Positions 42,201 to 51,089 of a DNA stretch of 64,000 nucleotides are shown here, in pieces. Numbering within the stretch: position 1 is the stretch's first letter; each line of letters opens with the position of its first letter. The notes below the pieces were generated by a model, which was not told the DNA's origin, made no database searches, and was given only the letters and a program-made list of their open reading frames with translations. The translations under genes and the position numbers were made by a program. This DNA comes from an uncultured bacterium (GTDB lineage: Bacteria; Verrucomicrobiota; Verrucomicrobiia; Limisphaerales; UBA8199), in NCBI GenBank assembly GCA_963749495.1, contig CAVVMW010000030.1, forward strand, positions 160,001 to 224,000, written 5' to 3'.

Positions 42201-42903
42201 CAATGCCGTCGAGGGCGTCCTCTTCGAACTCTACAACCTCTCGGGCAACGCCAACCTCGTCCTCCAGCGCGACGTGCCGCCCGTTCAGGCCCCGTACTTC
42301 GCCGGCAGCTTCCGCCAGGGGACCGACCCCGAGCAGATCGTCGTGCGCACTTCCAACGCCTTGAGCGACCTCAGCGGCAATTGGTACCTCGGCATCTACA
42401 ACAACGAGTTGACCACTAATGTCGCCTACGCCATCCGGGCCACGCTGCCAGTCGGCGGCGTCCTGCCCAGCGCCCTGCCGCTGGTCGTCACCAACCAGGC
42501 CCTCAACTCGAACCTCCTCCTCCTGTCATGGAACTCGATCATCGGCGAATACTACACGGTGAGCCTCACCGACTATTTCTTCATCACCAACACCGTCGGC
42601 AATGTCGTCGCCACAACGCCCGTCACCACCTGGCTCGGGCCCATGCCCCCCAGCGGCGACTCCTATATCGTCGTCAATGTTCCTGCGCCGCCCCAGCTCC
42701 GCCCCAAACTCACCGTCAAGCTCTGGCACAACCAGGTCCGCATCTCCTGGCCCACCTCCTTTACGGGCTTTACCCTCCAATCCTCAACGGCCCCGCCGGC
42801 CTGGGTCAACGTCCCCCTCACCGTCGTCGTCGAAGGCAACGAATTCGTCGTCTATGACACCGTGAGCCCTCGAACCACCAAGTACTATCGGTTGATCAAG
42901 TGA
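33220..42903 (+). CDS. Giant S8 subtilase (3227 aa) with PPC, P-domain, LamG and L-lectin-like modules
   Basis: Triad EDSGVD, HGTHVAGII, SGSSMG; PATAKNVITVGA; KPDVVAPG; LVWTDPPG; LamG FTIEGW x2; C-terminal KYYRL. Confidence 0.92.
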   Translation: MRRRPIFWFTISLLCFVGAYSFWRLGDQWEARKAAGRAAATNQPQPAASAPKPSSQAGPGPMRLLARASEAGALSPTNLAPKARIGYRLSNTTQPLRQLLRNPKAILLENALLDTAQSTDLPIPPSLRAQGKPGAYLVQARQPVDAAFRALLQQAGASIVSYIPNNAYLVRASEAAADALRAAPQTQSVLAYEPYYKLKPWLLKAALEQMPLPEGSTLRLLLFGGARAATLEQLQGLGVQVLGEEPTPFGPLVRVRPPADWRAGPPPAQPGAGQVLVAALAQLAGVQEVELGQQRVSANDLSRATLGVAANSVTPTNYLGLTGTNVLVALEDSGVDATHPDLVNRVFGDSTNSLVDSAGHGTHVAGIIAGDGTEFATVTNASGSLVTTNGTGYPSQFRGKAPGARLYSMSGGTDFHLQQAAALTNAFISNNSWTYGNNEYDIYAASYDAAVRNALPGTPGSHPALYVFATGNGGMANEYDDGSNDNGVGGAADTILSPATAKNVITVGAIEQLRQITNQVATCTPDPASTNGVDCTTNQPWLTSTDSGDITNGFQVAWSSGRGPVGIFIEGDTGRFKPDVVAPGTFVLSTRSAQWDQAAYYNPTSTIPNLFTGASLGTSNLWYNEVFVRADAVQLTVTLVPNAGSPVPFPNLPIFVRQVDFPTNTSYDFVATNQFSMPPDHPLNPVDATWYYGVGNTTTQSFTFDVLTVVTVTNEHGNFMQVLKQMNDSLGTGPSGPYYRYESGSSMGAADVSGMLALMQEFFEQRVGRTNSPALMKALLINGSRSLGTPYDFGTTNQPNFQGWGMPNLPATLQTDLTNRNAASSSMFLFDQDPTNALFTGQSATRFITISTNAQNPSTSLHVTLVWTDPPGNPVAGIKLVNDLDLIVTNLDTGDIFFGNDIQTGNTANLPWDTNSAPNLDMVNNVENVYLGAPLGTNYSITVVGRRVNVNAVSANTNNVVQDYALVISCGNGDLTGTLTLSNALLTVSAGVPNVTPVGNMFTNTSPDQPTPEFSGGILLHQHVGANTPLLGTNAINYPLEGNAVITLGMTNQWHFYMITNDNGFTNAAFLTFMPWTLTLPRMGVTNVFNPTNATRPEADIDLYVSRDSDLTNLSTTAVSNAWKSVGPGGDETIILTNAATGVYYAGVKSEDQWAAEYGFLGVFSLNPLSSGQNGNQLLRGFPVPAPIPDGSTEHPASVTIFAVSPAPIRLHRVIVLNTLSHELVGDLLGTFTHGADFVVLNNHATNLMVANWINIYDDSDQHDTQNIEGIFAPITAQFPPPLGPSPPPPRHTDGPGSLMNFAGKSGSGQWQLTQVDNAEGHTGTNGPLFIYLEKQQDLLGGFFVTLAPGACDNEYVDVPANATNLTVTATVVSNTGPINVSMQLCPLGSATGCKSTVITNQFPTALSIDLFDQPPLKAGTYYVRLCNNGAGNITLYVKAAIEMNRGAIAVSVPDSVGPVPIQDDAVTYATLNVTNHALISDLDIGLLINDPRVSDLAISLISPNGTRILLFQNRSGTATNGLGTFDSGANPFGLPFFAYTNMAPFWTNNFDTVPIGPYGPGTTFDGWTVLSNEVNIVPDYSIPWLQNNMLVLGDGVVSNSLPTTNSSTYHLSFRATHAPYIVGMVTWWPFDGDARDIFGGLDGLLFGNVVFSNNCEVTQAFYDHSQAYFGDGIATKVLVPASPDLNLQHKPSFTIEGWINPASVTNQAPLTEWFDPTNPSPLGVQFWLGNLSTTQPRPGALSAAFWDANSPANYYVATRPQAITNAGWQHVALTYNASNQLAGLYVNGLLRRSQTLPAGAVPRTKGDFYLGFDPPPSTFAYRDFSSPTGLVLLGGATVVSNALQLTPAAPNTNGAAWYSQKLLCSNGFSTAFTFQFTGQDSQPQESNNGLCFVFQNTGTNALSSPPVYDSLQMDSNAVAVIFESESSRNLAGQRNSVSHVWLQVGTVPRMGGDLGPSFPVTTNLCDGLVHLGQVEYDGRTVTILLDNYPVLSEQLPQQQTPGGPVPYGMDSSGQSWVGFEASSSGTWQGTHDILSWSFNANGANPGLSFAGGLDEFSLYSRALLPQEILAICNASTRGKYGTNALTTPVGLQVSLATGPGAGTVSTYTFTNGLDWAGGPSWETNAIDFTNVLQFAYTNGPATNLTPIVLTPLDPNVTVDDFVLSALTTNVLDGLMHFTDNTNLAVTPIKFAPWPYTLSNSPPALVSSNSFVLSTGGLYTAGSTIAGGTAGTNIGVRDWTVTQGSVTVQSNAMVDPMHTNFLVLATGAVQSALPTIPGHRYQLSYTLRGPGAVGWWNGALNPMDGRAQDLIGGNDGALINGAQALADPASSFVGGQTLFFPGIITNGVAGNPWLASTLELGDPQNLRLTNSFTIEGWVKPLSQTNGFLNGLPPESFVEQIFFRGDSRDCLDPYYLGLERVDNAGTTTEDYDIIFHIEDALRGDCGVILETGDQPIKADNWFHIAAVFECNYHWTDNAPWPTNMLRLYVNGQYYTNVYLEDPSGQNKILTSFTGRSPFRDLDPAYSPGAAIGNASRSDYSQPFRGFIDELSVYGRALADNEVKAIFDAGSNGKADPLAAPAQGLAQLSISLDDVKMDTANGDNAQWTTPSFLFAAYHTNTVLTVQGLLPGTLLDGVTLTEVPSELTYLPEDSLDPLLGTDAFGTWKLEIWDTRAGPNSATNLAQLVTWRLDFTLLPSNPPPVIELSHGIPYANTLAAYGAQSLIVNVPAWATNATNVLLSALDRSGNALPMGVLYDTNSFPTTAANFIFWPPVNAPATNVLSTNAASAPLLVPGRPYFLTVTNPNPVPVEYAYGVWFDIVTLTNCQLATNCVVGPAGVPRYFQFDVTGVPGDPPQSALFWLSAANSNLTVVLSEHLPLPNLAHYDYISQRPGTNQQIVMVVTAQVTNLTDIIVTNSTPFPVQISRWYVGVFNTTETNVSFSAEACADNETPGEIEYPELIPLTSGVAYSAGFIHNTNHLAAPGPPRAFFFQFQITNAVEGVLFELYNLSGNANLVLQRDVPPVQAPYFAGSFRQGTDPEQIVVRTSNALSDLSGNWYLGIYNNELTTNVAYAIRATLPVGGVLPSALPLVVTNQALNSNLLLLSWNSIIGEYYTVSLTDYFFITNTVGNVVATTPVTTWLGPMPPSGDSYIVVNVPAPPQLRPKLTVKLWHNQVRISWPTSFTGFTLQSSTAPPAWVNVPLTVVVEGNEFVVYDTVSPRTTKYYRLIK

Positions 42904-42940
42904 CCGTTGCGCAGGAGCGAGGAAGCCAGGACCGGATCTC

Positions 42941-43335
42941 CGGCCCAAAGGGCCGGCAGAGCCCAGCCCAGGGCTGAGGCCGCCAGGCCGATGCCCTGGG
43001 AACATGCCCCCGGAAGATTACGTGCGCCCTGAAAGAATTCCCCGAACCATTTCTCGCTTTGCGCCCCGAACCCCAACCGTGCGTCCCCGTCCCGCGCAGC
43101 GTTTTGGACTGCGGCAGTCCTCTGCCGCTTTTGTGTCCCCTGGGTCTGGGTCCAAAAAGCGCCAGAGGACTGGCGCAGTCCAAAACCTTCGGGCTCGGCG
43201 TTCCGCTCCTGGGGCGGGCGCCGGGGGCGCTCTGGCGCCCCTTCAGGGCGCGCGGTCCACGATTGCGGCGAAACCCCCAGGGCATCGGCCTGACGGCCTC
43301 AGCCCTGGGCTAGGCTCTGGCGGCCCTTTGGGCCG
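42941..43335. repeat. Long REP doublet with a family C hairpin nested inside (43099-43191)
   Basis: GGCCCAAAGGGCC..AGCCCAGGGCTGAGGCCG..GGCCGATGCCCTGGG mirrored at 43277-43335. Confidence 0.8.
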
Positions 43336-43427
43336 CAAGATAGAGCACGCAAGGGAGCCCGTTGAGGCGCAAGATGGAGCACGGAAGGCGGCCCAGCCTC
43401 ACCTTAATCGTCCCTCGCCCCTCGTCC

Positions 43428-43509
43428 CTCGCCCCTCGTCCCTCGTCCCTCGTCCCTCGCCCCTCGTCCCTCGTCCCTCGTCCCTCGCCCCTCGTCCCTC
43501 GTCCCTCGC
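43428..43509. repeat. Heptamer array (CCCTCGY) x11
   Basis: Direct reading. Confidence 0.9.
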
Positions 43510-43519
43510 GGACCGCGGT

Positions 43520-45302
43520 CTAATCCAGTTGGATTCTCTTCACCCTCATGTTCCGGTAGGCCACGGGGCCGTGGTCGCCTTGGAGCATGATGGGGCCGGT
43601 GGGCTTTTCGTCGTCCCAGTGCGCGGCGCGGGTCGGGCCGGTCAACTCAATCTCCTGGTGAATGACCTGGCCGTTATGGGAGACGCGCACGACTTTGGCG
43701 TTGGCGGCCTTGTTGCCGGCAGCGTCAAAGCGCGGTGCGCGGAACACGATGTCGAATGACTGCCACTGGCCGGCGGGCCTGCTGGCGTTGATGCGCGGGG
43801 AGTGGCCGCCGACATTTCGTTCGTTGATCCATCGCGGGTAGATGCCCCCGCATTCGATGCCCGGGTAGGCGTCCTTTTCCACGCCGAAACTGTCGTACAC
43901 CTGGATCTCATAGCGGCCCTCGAGATAGACGCCGGAGTTCGAATGCCTGGGGATGCAAAACTCCACGTGCAACTCGATGTCGCCAAATTCCGCTTCCGTC
44001 ATCAGGTCAACGGTGCGGCCTTTGGCGCCGTTGACCATCACGCCCTGGCCCGGGGCGATTACAAAGGCCTCCGGGTTCTCGCGGTCGAGGGAAACCGCCT
44101 CCGCGGCCAGCCATTCGCCTCGGGGTTGGCGCCAGCCGGTCAGGTCCTCGCCATTGAACAGGCATTCGCTTTGGATGACCGCCTTGATGTAAGCGACCTC
44201 CTCAGGCCGGTAGGGCGTGCCATCGCGCCGGAAAATATCGTGGAACCACAGCGAGGGCTCGCCGTCATATTCTTTGGTCCAGGAGTCCCAGGGATAGATG
44301 GTCTGGCTCTTGCCCTCGACCAGTCCCCAGTTGTAGGCGGCCACGCCTTGGGATTTGAGGTAGCCCAGGTTGGGATCGAAAAAGCTGCCGTTGCCGCGGG
44401 ACATGTATTCGGTGCAGAGCAGGGGCCGGCGGTAACGCCTGAGGTTGCGGACGGCCTCCTTGAGGCTGGCGAGGTCGTTGTAGTTATGGAAGCTGATGAC
44501 GTCGGATTCAGACAATTGGACCTGTTCGGTGGGGCTGAGCTTCTCCGGGTCGGGCCAGGTGCCGATCCAAACGCCGGAGGTCAGGGGCTGGGACGGTTTG
44601 GCCTCCCGCGCCCAGGCGAAGGCCAGCTTGAGCAGCGGCAGCACGAGGTCCACCTTGTTCGGGGGTTCCTTTTCGACATAGGCCGGGCGGTTCATGTTGT
44701 CAGGCTCGTTCCAAATATCCCACGCGTGTACGCGCCGATCCTGGCGGAAGCGGCCGACGACGCCCAGGACATACCCCTTGAGGGCGGGCTGTTTGGCTGG
44801 GTCGAGCAGGACCTCGGCGCCGGGGCATTGCACCCAGCCCGAGTTGTGGACATGCGGTCTGGGAGGGCGTTGAGCGCCGGGCCTGGGAAACGGATCCCAG
44901 CAGGAATCGAAGAGCACGAAGACCGCGCCGATGCCGTGCTTGTGCGCCACCTCGAGGAACTGGTCCAAGCGCTTGAGGAAGCCCTGGGAATCCTGTTTCC
45001 AGAGCAGGTCCTGCAAATACACGCGGATCGAATTGAAACCGAGGGACTGTGCCCAGCCCAGCTCCCGATCAATGGTTGTCAGGTCGAACGTATCGGCCTG
45101 GAACATCTCCAACTGGTTGATCGCTGTGCTCGGCAGGAAATCGCACCCGGCCAGCCAGCCGATCTTCTGGCCCCAGGCCCGGGCCTGGTCCTCGGACCAG
45201 CGGGGGGAGGCCTCGGCGCCGGCCCAGACGGTCGTGAAGACGGCCAGCATCAGGCCAGGCGCACAGGGACCTTCTCAATGGGTGAGCGATGCGGTTCATC
45301 AT
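43520..45302 (-). CDS. Clan GH-A (GH5-like) glycoside hydrolase fused to DUF1080; probable frameshift in the signal peptide at ~45257
   Basis: WDIWNEP acid/base and LCTEY nucleophile; LFNGEDLTGW, NSGVYL..YEIQV, LQGDHGPVAYRN. Confidence 0.88.
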
Positions 45303-45421
45303 GGCGGGCGTTTTCATGAGCATTTTGCTCCAGGGATTCAACCGGAATTCTTCAGGCGCGACAAGGATGATTGATTCTAGAGTCCTTGAATTTGCAAACA
45401 TGATGCAGACAGGTCAAGTTT

Positions 45422-45470
45422 GTGGTACGGGCATCCTGCCCGTGGTGGCTTGGGCAAGATGCCCAAGCCA
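45422..45470. repeat. Short REP doublet
   Basis: GTGGTACGGGCATCCTGCCCGTG + GTGGCTTGGGCAAGATGCCCAAGCCAC. Confidence 0.6.
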
Positions 45471-45490
45471 CGGTCTGAGGCCCTGCCTCG

Positions 45491-46619
45491 CTAGGGGTGT
45501 TTTTCGGCAAAGCCCTTGGCGAAGTCGTTGAAGAAGGCGACCAGGCGCGGAGAGAACGTGTCCAAGGTCGAGTAGCGGTCCCGGTGCGCTTCGTATTCGT
45601 TGGCGAGCAGGCTCGACAGTTCTTCCATCCACAGGAAGCCGCGTTGTTTCTGGGAGGCAATCGCGCGCTGTCCGGCGGCGGGGCCGTCATAGCGGAAGGT
45701 GTAGCGGACCTCGCAGGCGCGAACCAGGGACTCACGGAGCATGGTCTGGCCGTCGCCGTAGGCCTGGGAGCGCATTCTGCCGGAGACCTGGCGGAAAAGT
45801 GGGTCGGCGGCGGGTTGGAGCTCGGTCTGGTGGCGGTCGATGATCGGGTTGGCGTAAGAGTGCGCGAATTCGTGGACGACGGTCTGGAGCATGTCATGGG
45901 TAAACTGCGGGAGTCCGTCCGGGTCGGTTTTCCAGACGCCGAGGATGCAGTAGAGGCTCTCGCTGCCGGAGGATTGGCGGCAGTGCGAGCCATAGCAGCA
46001 GCCGCCGTTGAGGAGGGCCGGGGCGAGGGTAAAGGCGGCCTGGGGCCGTTCGCCGAAGTAGTCCTTGAACCACTCGAGGTGCGCCTCTTTTTCCATGAGC
46101 GTTCTCATCCGGGACTCGGTGGTTTCATAGAGCGAGCGGTGGCGCTCCAGGAAGTCGAGGAAGGCCGTGTCCTTCACGAACTGCCGGGCGGCTTTGAGGA
46201 ACCGGGGCACGTCGGCGACGGGCCAACGTTGGTCCAGGCCCTCCGGCCATGGCTGGAGCGGAACCAGAAGCGTCAAGTCCCTGGCGTTGCTCAAGTGGAC
46301 GGCCATGCTCATGCAGGCGTCGTAGGAGACGCCGCGGCTCTGACGCAACTCCCGGGCGAGCTTCACCGCCTGGTGCTCGCGGAACTGGCCAAACTGCTGC
46401 TCCACGTCGGCCGTGTAGGACTCGACTCTGCCCTGGCTGTACCTCGGGGTTGCCCGCGAGCCGGAACAGAATCGAGAACAATTCGACCCGTGGGTCCACG
46501 TTGACGCGCAACGAAGGAGGAGTTCGCGGCGCCGCGGAACCGGTTGGCTGCGCGACTGCCGGGCCTGCCGCTGCAAACACAAACACCCCCGCCAACAAAA
46601 TGCCTAATCTGAGTTTCAT
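45491..46619 (-). CDS. Secreted DUF4932-like zinc metallopeptidase-fold protein, frameshifted at ~46441
   Basis: Signal peptide; VDPRVELFSILFRLAG; VHEFAHSY (HExxH); ESLVRA. Confidence 0.8.
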
Positions 46620-46706
46620 AGACAGTGTGTCCTGAGCGATCCGGGCAACGGCCCGCTCTTAGTCAGACAGTCCCAGGGCCGGGAGGTCACGCCCCGGCCG
46701 TCGAAC

Positions 46707-46976
46707 GGGTGCGATTAAGAGTGTCGGGCAGCTCATGGCGCTTCTTTGCCCCGAAGGGGCTTCTGAGAATAGCCCGGCGTTTCAACGCCGGGTGAGCGAG
46801 GAGAAAGAGTCGGTCCGTCCCGAAGGGACGGCTGAGAGGAAGGAGTTTTCTCAGTCGTCCCTTCGGGACGAGAATCCCTTTTCTCGCCTCCCCGGCGTTG
46901 AAACGCCGGGCTATTGTCAATTGTCCCTCCGGGACAAAACTCCCGCGGCGCATGCCCGACGCTTTTAGTCGCACCC
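46707..46976. mobile_element. 270-bp MITE (type 1), copy 2
   Basis: TIR GGGTGCGATTAAGA/TTTTAGTCGCACCC; flanks CCGTCGAAC/CCGTCGAAT. Confidence 0.88.
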
Positions 46977-47303
46977 CCGTCGAATGGCGATTGCGGCGCG
47001 AAAGCAAGATGCCTATGCTGGGTTTATGAACTCAAAGTCAGAAGTCCCCTCGATTCCGTCAGGTAGCCCGATGACCTGGGAGGATTGGCTGCGCGGGCGG
47101 CGCGCCCGCCGGCAGACCAGCAGACAGGTCGTGCCAGCTATTGCGCGCCGGAGCGCCAGCTCCAGCGACGGGCGCCTGCGCCGGCTCTTTGGCGGGCAGC
47201 GCGGACTGCCGTTTCAACCGACCGACAACGTCTGAGCGGCGCTTATCGGTCGAGCTCGCCTTCAATTTCCCCCAGGCTCAGCGCAATCACCTGCGCAGCG
47301 CGT

Positions 47304-47513
47304 GCGTCGCGGAGCAACGCCCTGAAGGTAGCCGTGGACCTCGGTCCACGGTTTGGGGCGTCGGATTGTTCGCGCGTCGCGCAGCGACGCCTGAGGTCCT
47401 CGCGCTGGCAGATCGAGCCAGGTTTCAAGCGTCGCTACGCGACGCGGGTGAGCTTGGGCGATCGGTCCGTGAACTGGAAGTCCACGGCTACCATCAGACA
47501 CCGCTACGCGGTG
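47304..47513. repeat. REP/REPIN-like multi-palindrome, family A (copy 2)
   Basis: Colinear with 3268-3476. Confidence 0.8.
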
Positions 47514-47522
47514 TTCCGCCCT

Positions 47523-50034
47523 TCACGGCTGGAATAAATCCCTCTGGACGCGCGGGTCTTCCTTTGCGGCCGGGTTGATAAGGACTGCGGGCTGGGCCTC
47601 CAGGGCCTGGGCCAGGTCCGCAACGTCGTCCTGCGCGTTGCGCCGCCAGAACCAGGTCGAATTGAAACTCCATGATGCCGTGCTCGTCGGCGGCGAAGTT
47701 GGTGTACCAGAAATTGTTGAAGAGCATGGCCAGCAGGCGGTGGGGGTCCTTGGGCGGGGTCTGGCTCAAGGCCAGCGTGGGCGAATTGCCGAGCGCGATC
47801 AGCGGCGCGTCGCGGCTGACCCAAAGCCAATGGCCCTCCGGGGTCGCATAGTCGGCCCAGCCGTCGATGGCGAAATAGTCGCGGCAAGTGCCCGGCAACT
47901 GGTCGGTGAACGGGGTGAACGGCTGGCCGCCGTTGCTCAGCCGGGGCAGGGCCTGCCCGGTCGGCAGCGGAAAGGCGGCATAATAAACCTCCGGCGCCGC
48001 CGAGGAGAGCCGGTTGAGCCGCAGCGTGAGGCGGGCTCGAGGCTCGCGCTTCCATAATTCGACCACGCGCGTGGCCCACTGGAGCCGCGGGTGCCGAATG
48101 GCCTGGGTGAAGAGGAAGGTGTGGGGCGTCTCCTGGACGGCGGCCTGCTCCTGCGGGGTGGCGCCGGTCTCGTCGAGTTTTTCCCGGCGCAGGCTCTCCC
48201 GCTCGTCTCCGTGGCGGGCCCGAATGTCCGCCAGGGCGGCACGCGGCGCGAAACCCCTGACCTGAAGGGCCGTGAAATCGCCAAACCCTTCGAGGAACAG
48301 GGACTGCTTCATGCCGGGCCATAGCGCCGAGACCGGCCAACCCTGGGGGTCGGTCTTGATTTCCGGCGTTGTCCTGTTGGGCGGCTGCTCCGTCTCCACC
48401 GGCTCCTTGCTCAACTGCAGGCGGCGAACGGTTTCGCCGTCGAGTTTCTCCACCCAGAACCTGGCCACCTGGTTGGGGGCGCGATCCGGGAAGGTGGCGG
48501 AGACGTCTTCGCGGCTCAGGTCCTCGGGCTTTTGGGGCCAGCCCCAGGGCTGGAGGCCCGGCTCGAAATAGAGCTTCATGCGGGCGCCGGTTTGCGGGTC
48601 CTCCAGGCTCCGGTAGTCGTCGCGCAGGCAGGTGGCGATTAGGGACACCCAACCGCTGAAGGGGGCTTTGGCGGGATTGGCCAGGTAGAATCCTTCGGCC
48701 TGGCCGGCGAGCCGCGTGCGAGCGCGCTGAGAGAGCAGCCATTCGGCGCGCGCCATGGGCCGGTAAGCCAGGATGCTCTTCTCGGCAAACTGGGCCTGGG
48801 TGTCCAGGCTATATGGCTTGGCCACGCTGAGGCTGGAGCCCCACGTGTGCTCATCGAAAAGGCAAAGGTCGCGATACAGGGCGTCCATGGCCAGGAGCGC
48901 AGGGGCGTCCACCGGTCCCCAAAGCGGCGAGCCTGCGGCGGCCAGGAACCGCTTGGCGGCGCGGCTGGCAGCCACTTCGCGCGGTGCGCAGGCCGTGCCG
49001 TTGGCCCACCAATCGGTCCACTCGCCGCTGTATTCGGGCGCGGTGGGCCCCATGGTCTTTTCCATGCGCGCCATCACGTCGGACACGGTTGTCAGGCGCA
49101 GGCGCGGCTGGAGTTGCAGGCGGTTCCAGGCGGCGACGAACTGGGCCAGCGGCGGGAAGGGCGGGTCGTTGTCGTAACGCCATTGGCTGGTGATGGAAAG
49201 GGCGAGCAGGTCATGCTTGTAGCCGGAGCGCTCGAGCTGGCGCAGCCGCTCCAGGCAGAACTTGTGCGCGGCGCGCACCGCGGCCTCGTCGCTCCGCAGG
49301 ATGTCCCCCGCGCGCGGAGGCCGGTAGGTCATATCCGCAGCGCGCGGGACCGGCCCCCGGCGCCACTCGCCGGGCTCGAAGAACCCAAAACCCGAGCCGT
49401 AGCCCAGGCTCAGCCAGACAAAGAGCCGGCGGCCGTCGGGCATTTTCCACCAAAAAACCGAGGGCCGCTGGAACGGCGCGCCGCCGCTGTCTTCATTGAT
49501 GCCCGAGCAGAGGTGCCGCACACCACGGTCCAGCAACGCCAGCGCGGCGGCCCGGGGCACCCCGTTGACATCGTCCTGGAGGGCCGCCGCGGGGCGGACC
49601 TCCCGCCACAACTCCTCCGGCAGCCAGTGGACCATCGTCCGCCATTGGGCGGCGTTCATGAACGGGGTGGCGTTGCAGCCCAGCGCGGTGACTTCCAGTT
49701 GACCGGCGCGAACCGCCTTGAGGAATTGCTCGCGCCGGGCGCGCGTGGCGGCCTGCCACCAGTCATTGACCGCGAGCGTGGACTCCGCAGTCCAATAAAA
49801 GCGCTGCTCGGCCGGGCCCTTCATCGAGTCCAGGATGGCGTCCACGGCGATGTCCAGGTAGCGCCGGTACAACTCGCGGCAGACGCTCGGGCTATCGGTG
49901 AAGCCAACGTCCGTGTGCGAGAAGTGGACGAGATCGATTTCCTTGATGATGGGGTCTTGTCCAGGGGGCGCCTCGGCGGCGGCGGCCGCAAAAGCCGTGA
50001 GCGCGAGGAGCGAAACCAGTTTCTTGATGTGCAT
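47523..50034 (-). CDS. Secreted GH38-like glycoside hydrolase, frameshifted at ~47650
   Basis: HFSHTDVGFTD, DDVNG, FWWKMPDG, YDN, DWWANG, FDEHTWG, NNFWYTNF. Confidence 0.8.
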
Positions 50035-50095
50035 GGCCAGTTTGGTTTCTTCGAGCGGGGGGAGCATGATGCCGATTGAAGAAACCGTCAACACC

Positions 50096-50209
50096 CGGAG
50101 TGCGCCCGTCCCCGGGCGCAGCAGCGACGAAATGCGCAGGCGTGCCGGAGCGTGTGACCGCGGCCCTGGCTCGGGACGTTGCTGCGCCCGAGGACGGGCG
50201 CACTCCCGG
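50096..50209. repeat. REP-like hairpin, family D
   Basis: Same arms as 15958 and 50916. Confidence 0.85.
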
Positions 50210-50238
50210 GCCATTCGTCATTCGTCATTCGTCGTTGG

Positions 50239-50832
50239 TCACTCCCGCAGCAACTGCTCGATCAGGCTGGTCATCCGGGCATAGCCCCCGGCGGATGGGT
50301 ACTCCAACTCGCCCTCCCAGCAGTAGCGGACGCGGCCCTGCTTATCGATGAGATAAATCGCCGGCCAATACCGCTGCTGCCAGCGGTCCCAATTGCGGCG
50401 GTCGGGGTCCAGGAGCACCGGGTAGTCAACGCGGAGTTCCTTGAGCTTTTTCGCCACGTTGGCCGGGTCGCGTTCGGAGTCGGTTTCCGGGGTGTGAATG
50501 CCGATGACTTCGAGGCCCTTGGGGGCGAAGCGCCGGCGCCAGGCCAGGTAATGGGGGAGGTTGTGTTTGCAGTTGATGCAATCGAAGGTCCAGAAATGGA
50601 GGACCGTGACCTTGCCCTTGCGAGCGGCGAGCGAGAGGCTGCCCCCGTTGGTGAGGTTGAGCCAGGCCTTGCCGACCAATTCCGGGGCGGGGACGCTGTT
50701 GGCCCCGGCGGGAGCGGTCTGGGCTGGGGCGGCCAGTGCAAGGGCCGGCAGGGCCAGCCAGGGCAGGAACCTCAGGGCGGGGCGCCGCACGCAGAAGAAG
50801 AGAAACTGGCCCAAAGGATGAGTCCGGTTCAT
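50239..50832 (-). CDS. Exported thioredoxin-fold redoxin (TlpA/DipZ-like)
   Basis: HFWTFDCINC, IGIHTPE, YWPAIYLIDKQG. Confidence 0.9.
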   Translation of the reverse strand: MNRTHPLGQFLFFCVRRPALRFLPWLALPALALAAPAQTAPAGANSVPAPELVGKAWLNLTNGGSLSLAARKGKVTVLHFWTFDCINCKHNLPHYLAWRRRFAPKGLEVIGIHTPETDSERDPANVAKKLKELRVDYPVLLDPDRRNWDRWQQRYWPAIYLIDKQGRVRYCWEGELEYPSAGGYARMTSLIEQLLRE

Positions 50833-50915
50833 GGTGACGAACATACTCCGCGCAGCAGGCCCGTCAAGGTCCGGTGAAGGCCGAGGACCGAATCGGGCGC
50901 TTGCTGACACCGCCC

Positions 50916-51029
50916 CCGGAGTGCGCCCGTCCCCGGGCGCAGCAGCGACGGAGCGGGCAGGCGCGCTGGAGTGTTTGATCGCTGCCCCGGCTCCGGACGT
51001 CGCTGCGCCCGGGGACGGGCGCACTCCGG
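50916..51029. repeat. REP-like hairpin, family D (uninterrupted counterpart of 15958-16223)
   Basis: Its reverse complement aligns across the MITE insertion point. Confidence 0.88.
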
Positions 51030-51089
51030 TCCGGCCCCCGGCAGTGGGGGCAGTGTCCGAAAGCGCCCGAGCGCATCTCGACCGCACCC

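Noticed and set aside
46984..47265. Small ORFs between the MITE and the REP
   Set aside because: No motif, and overlapping candidates on both strands cannot be told apart
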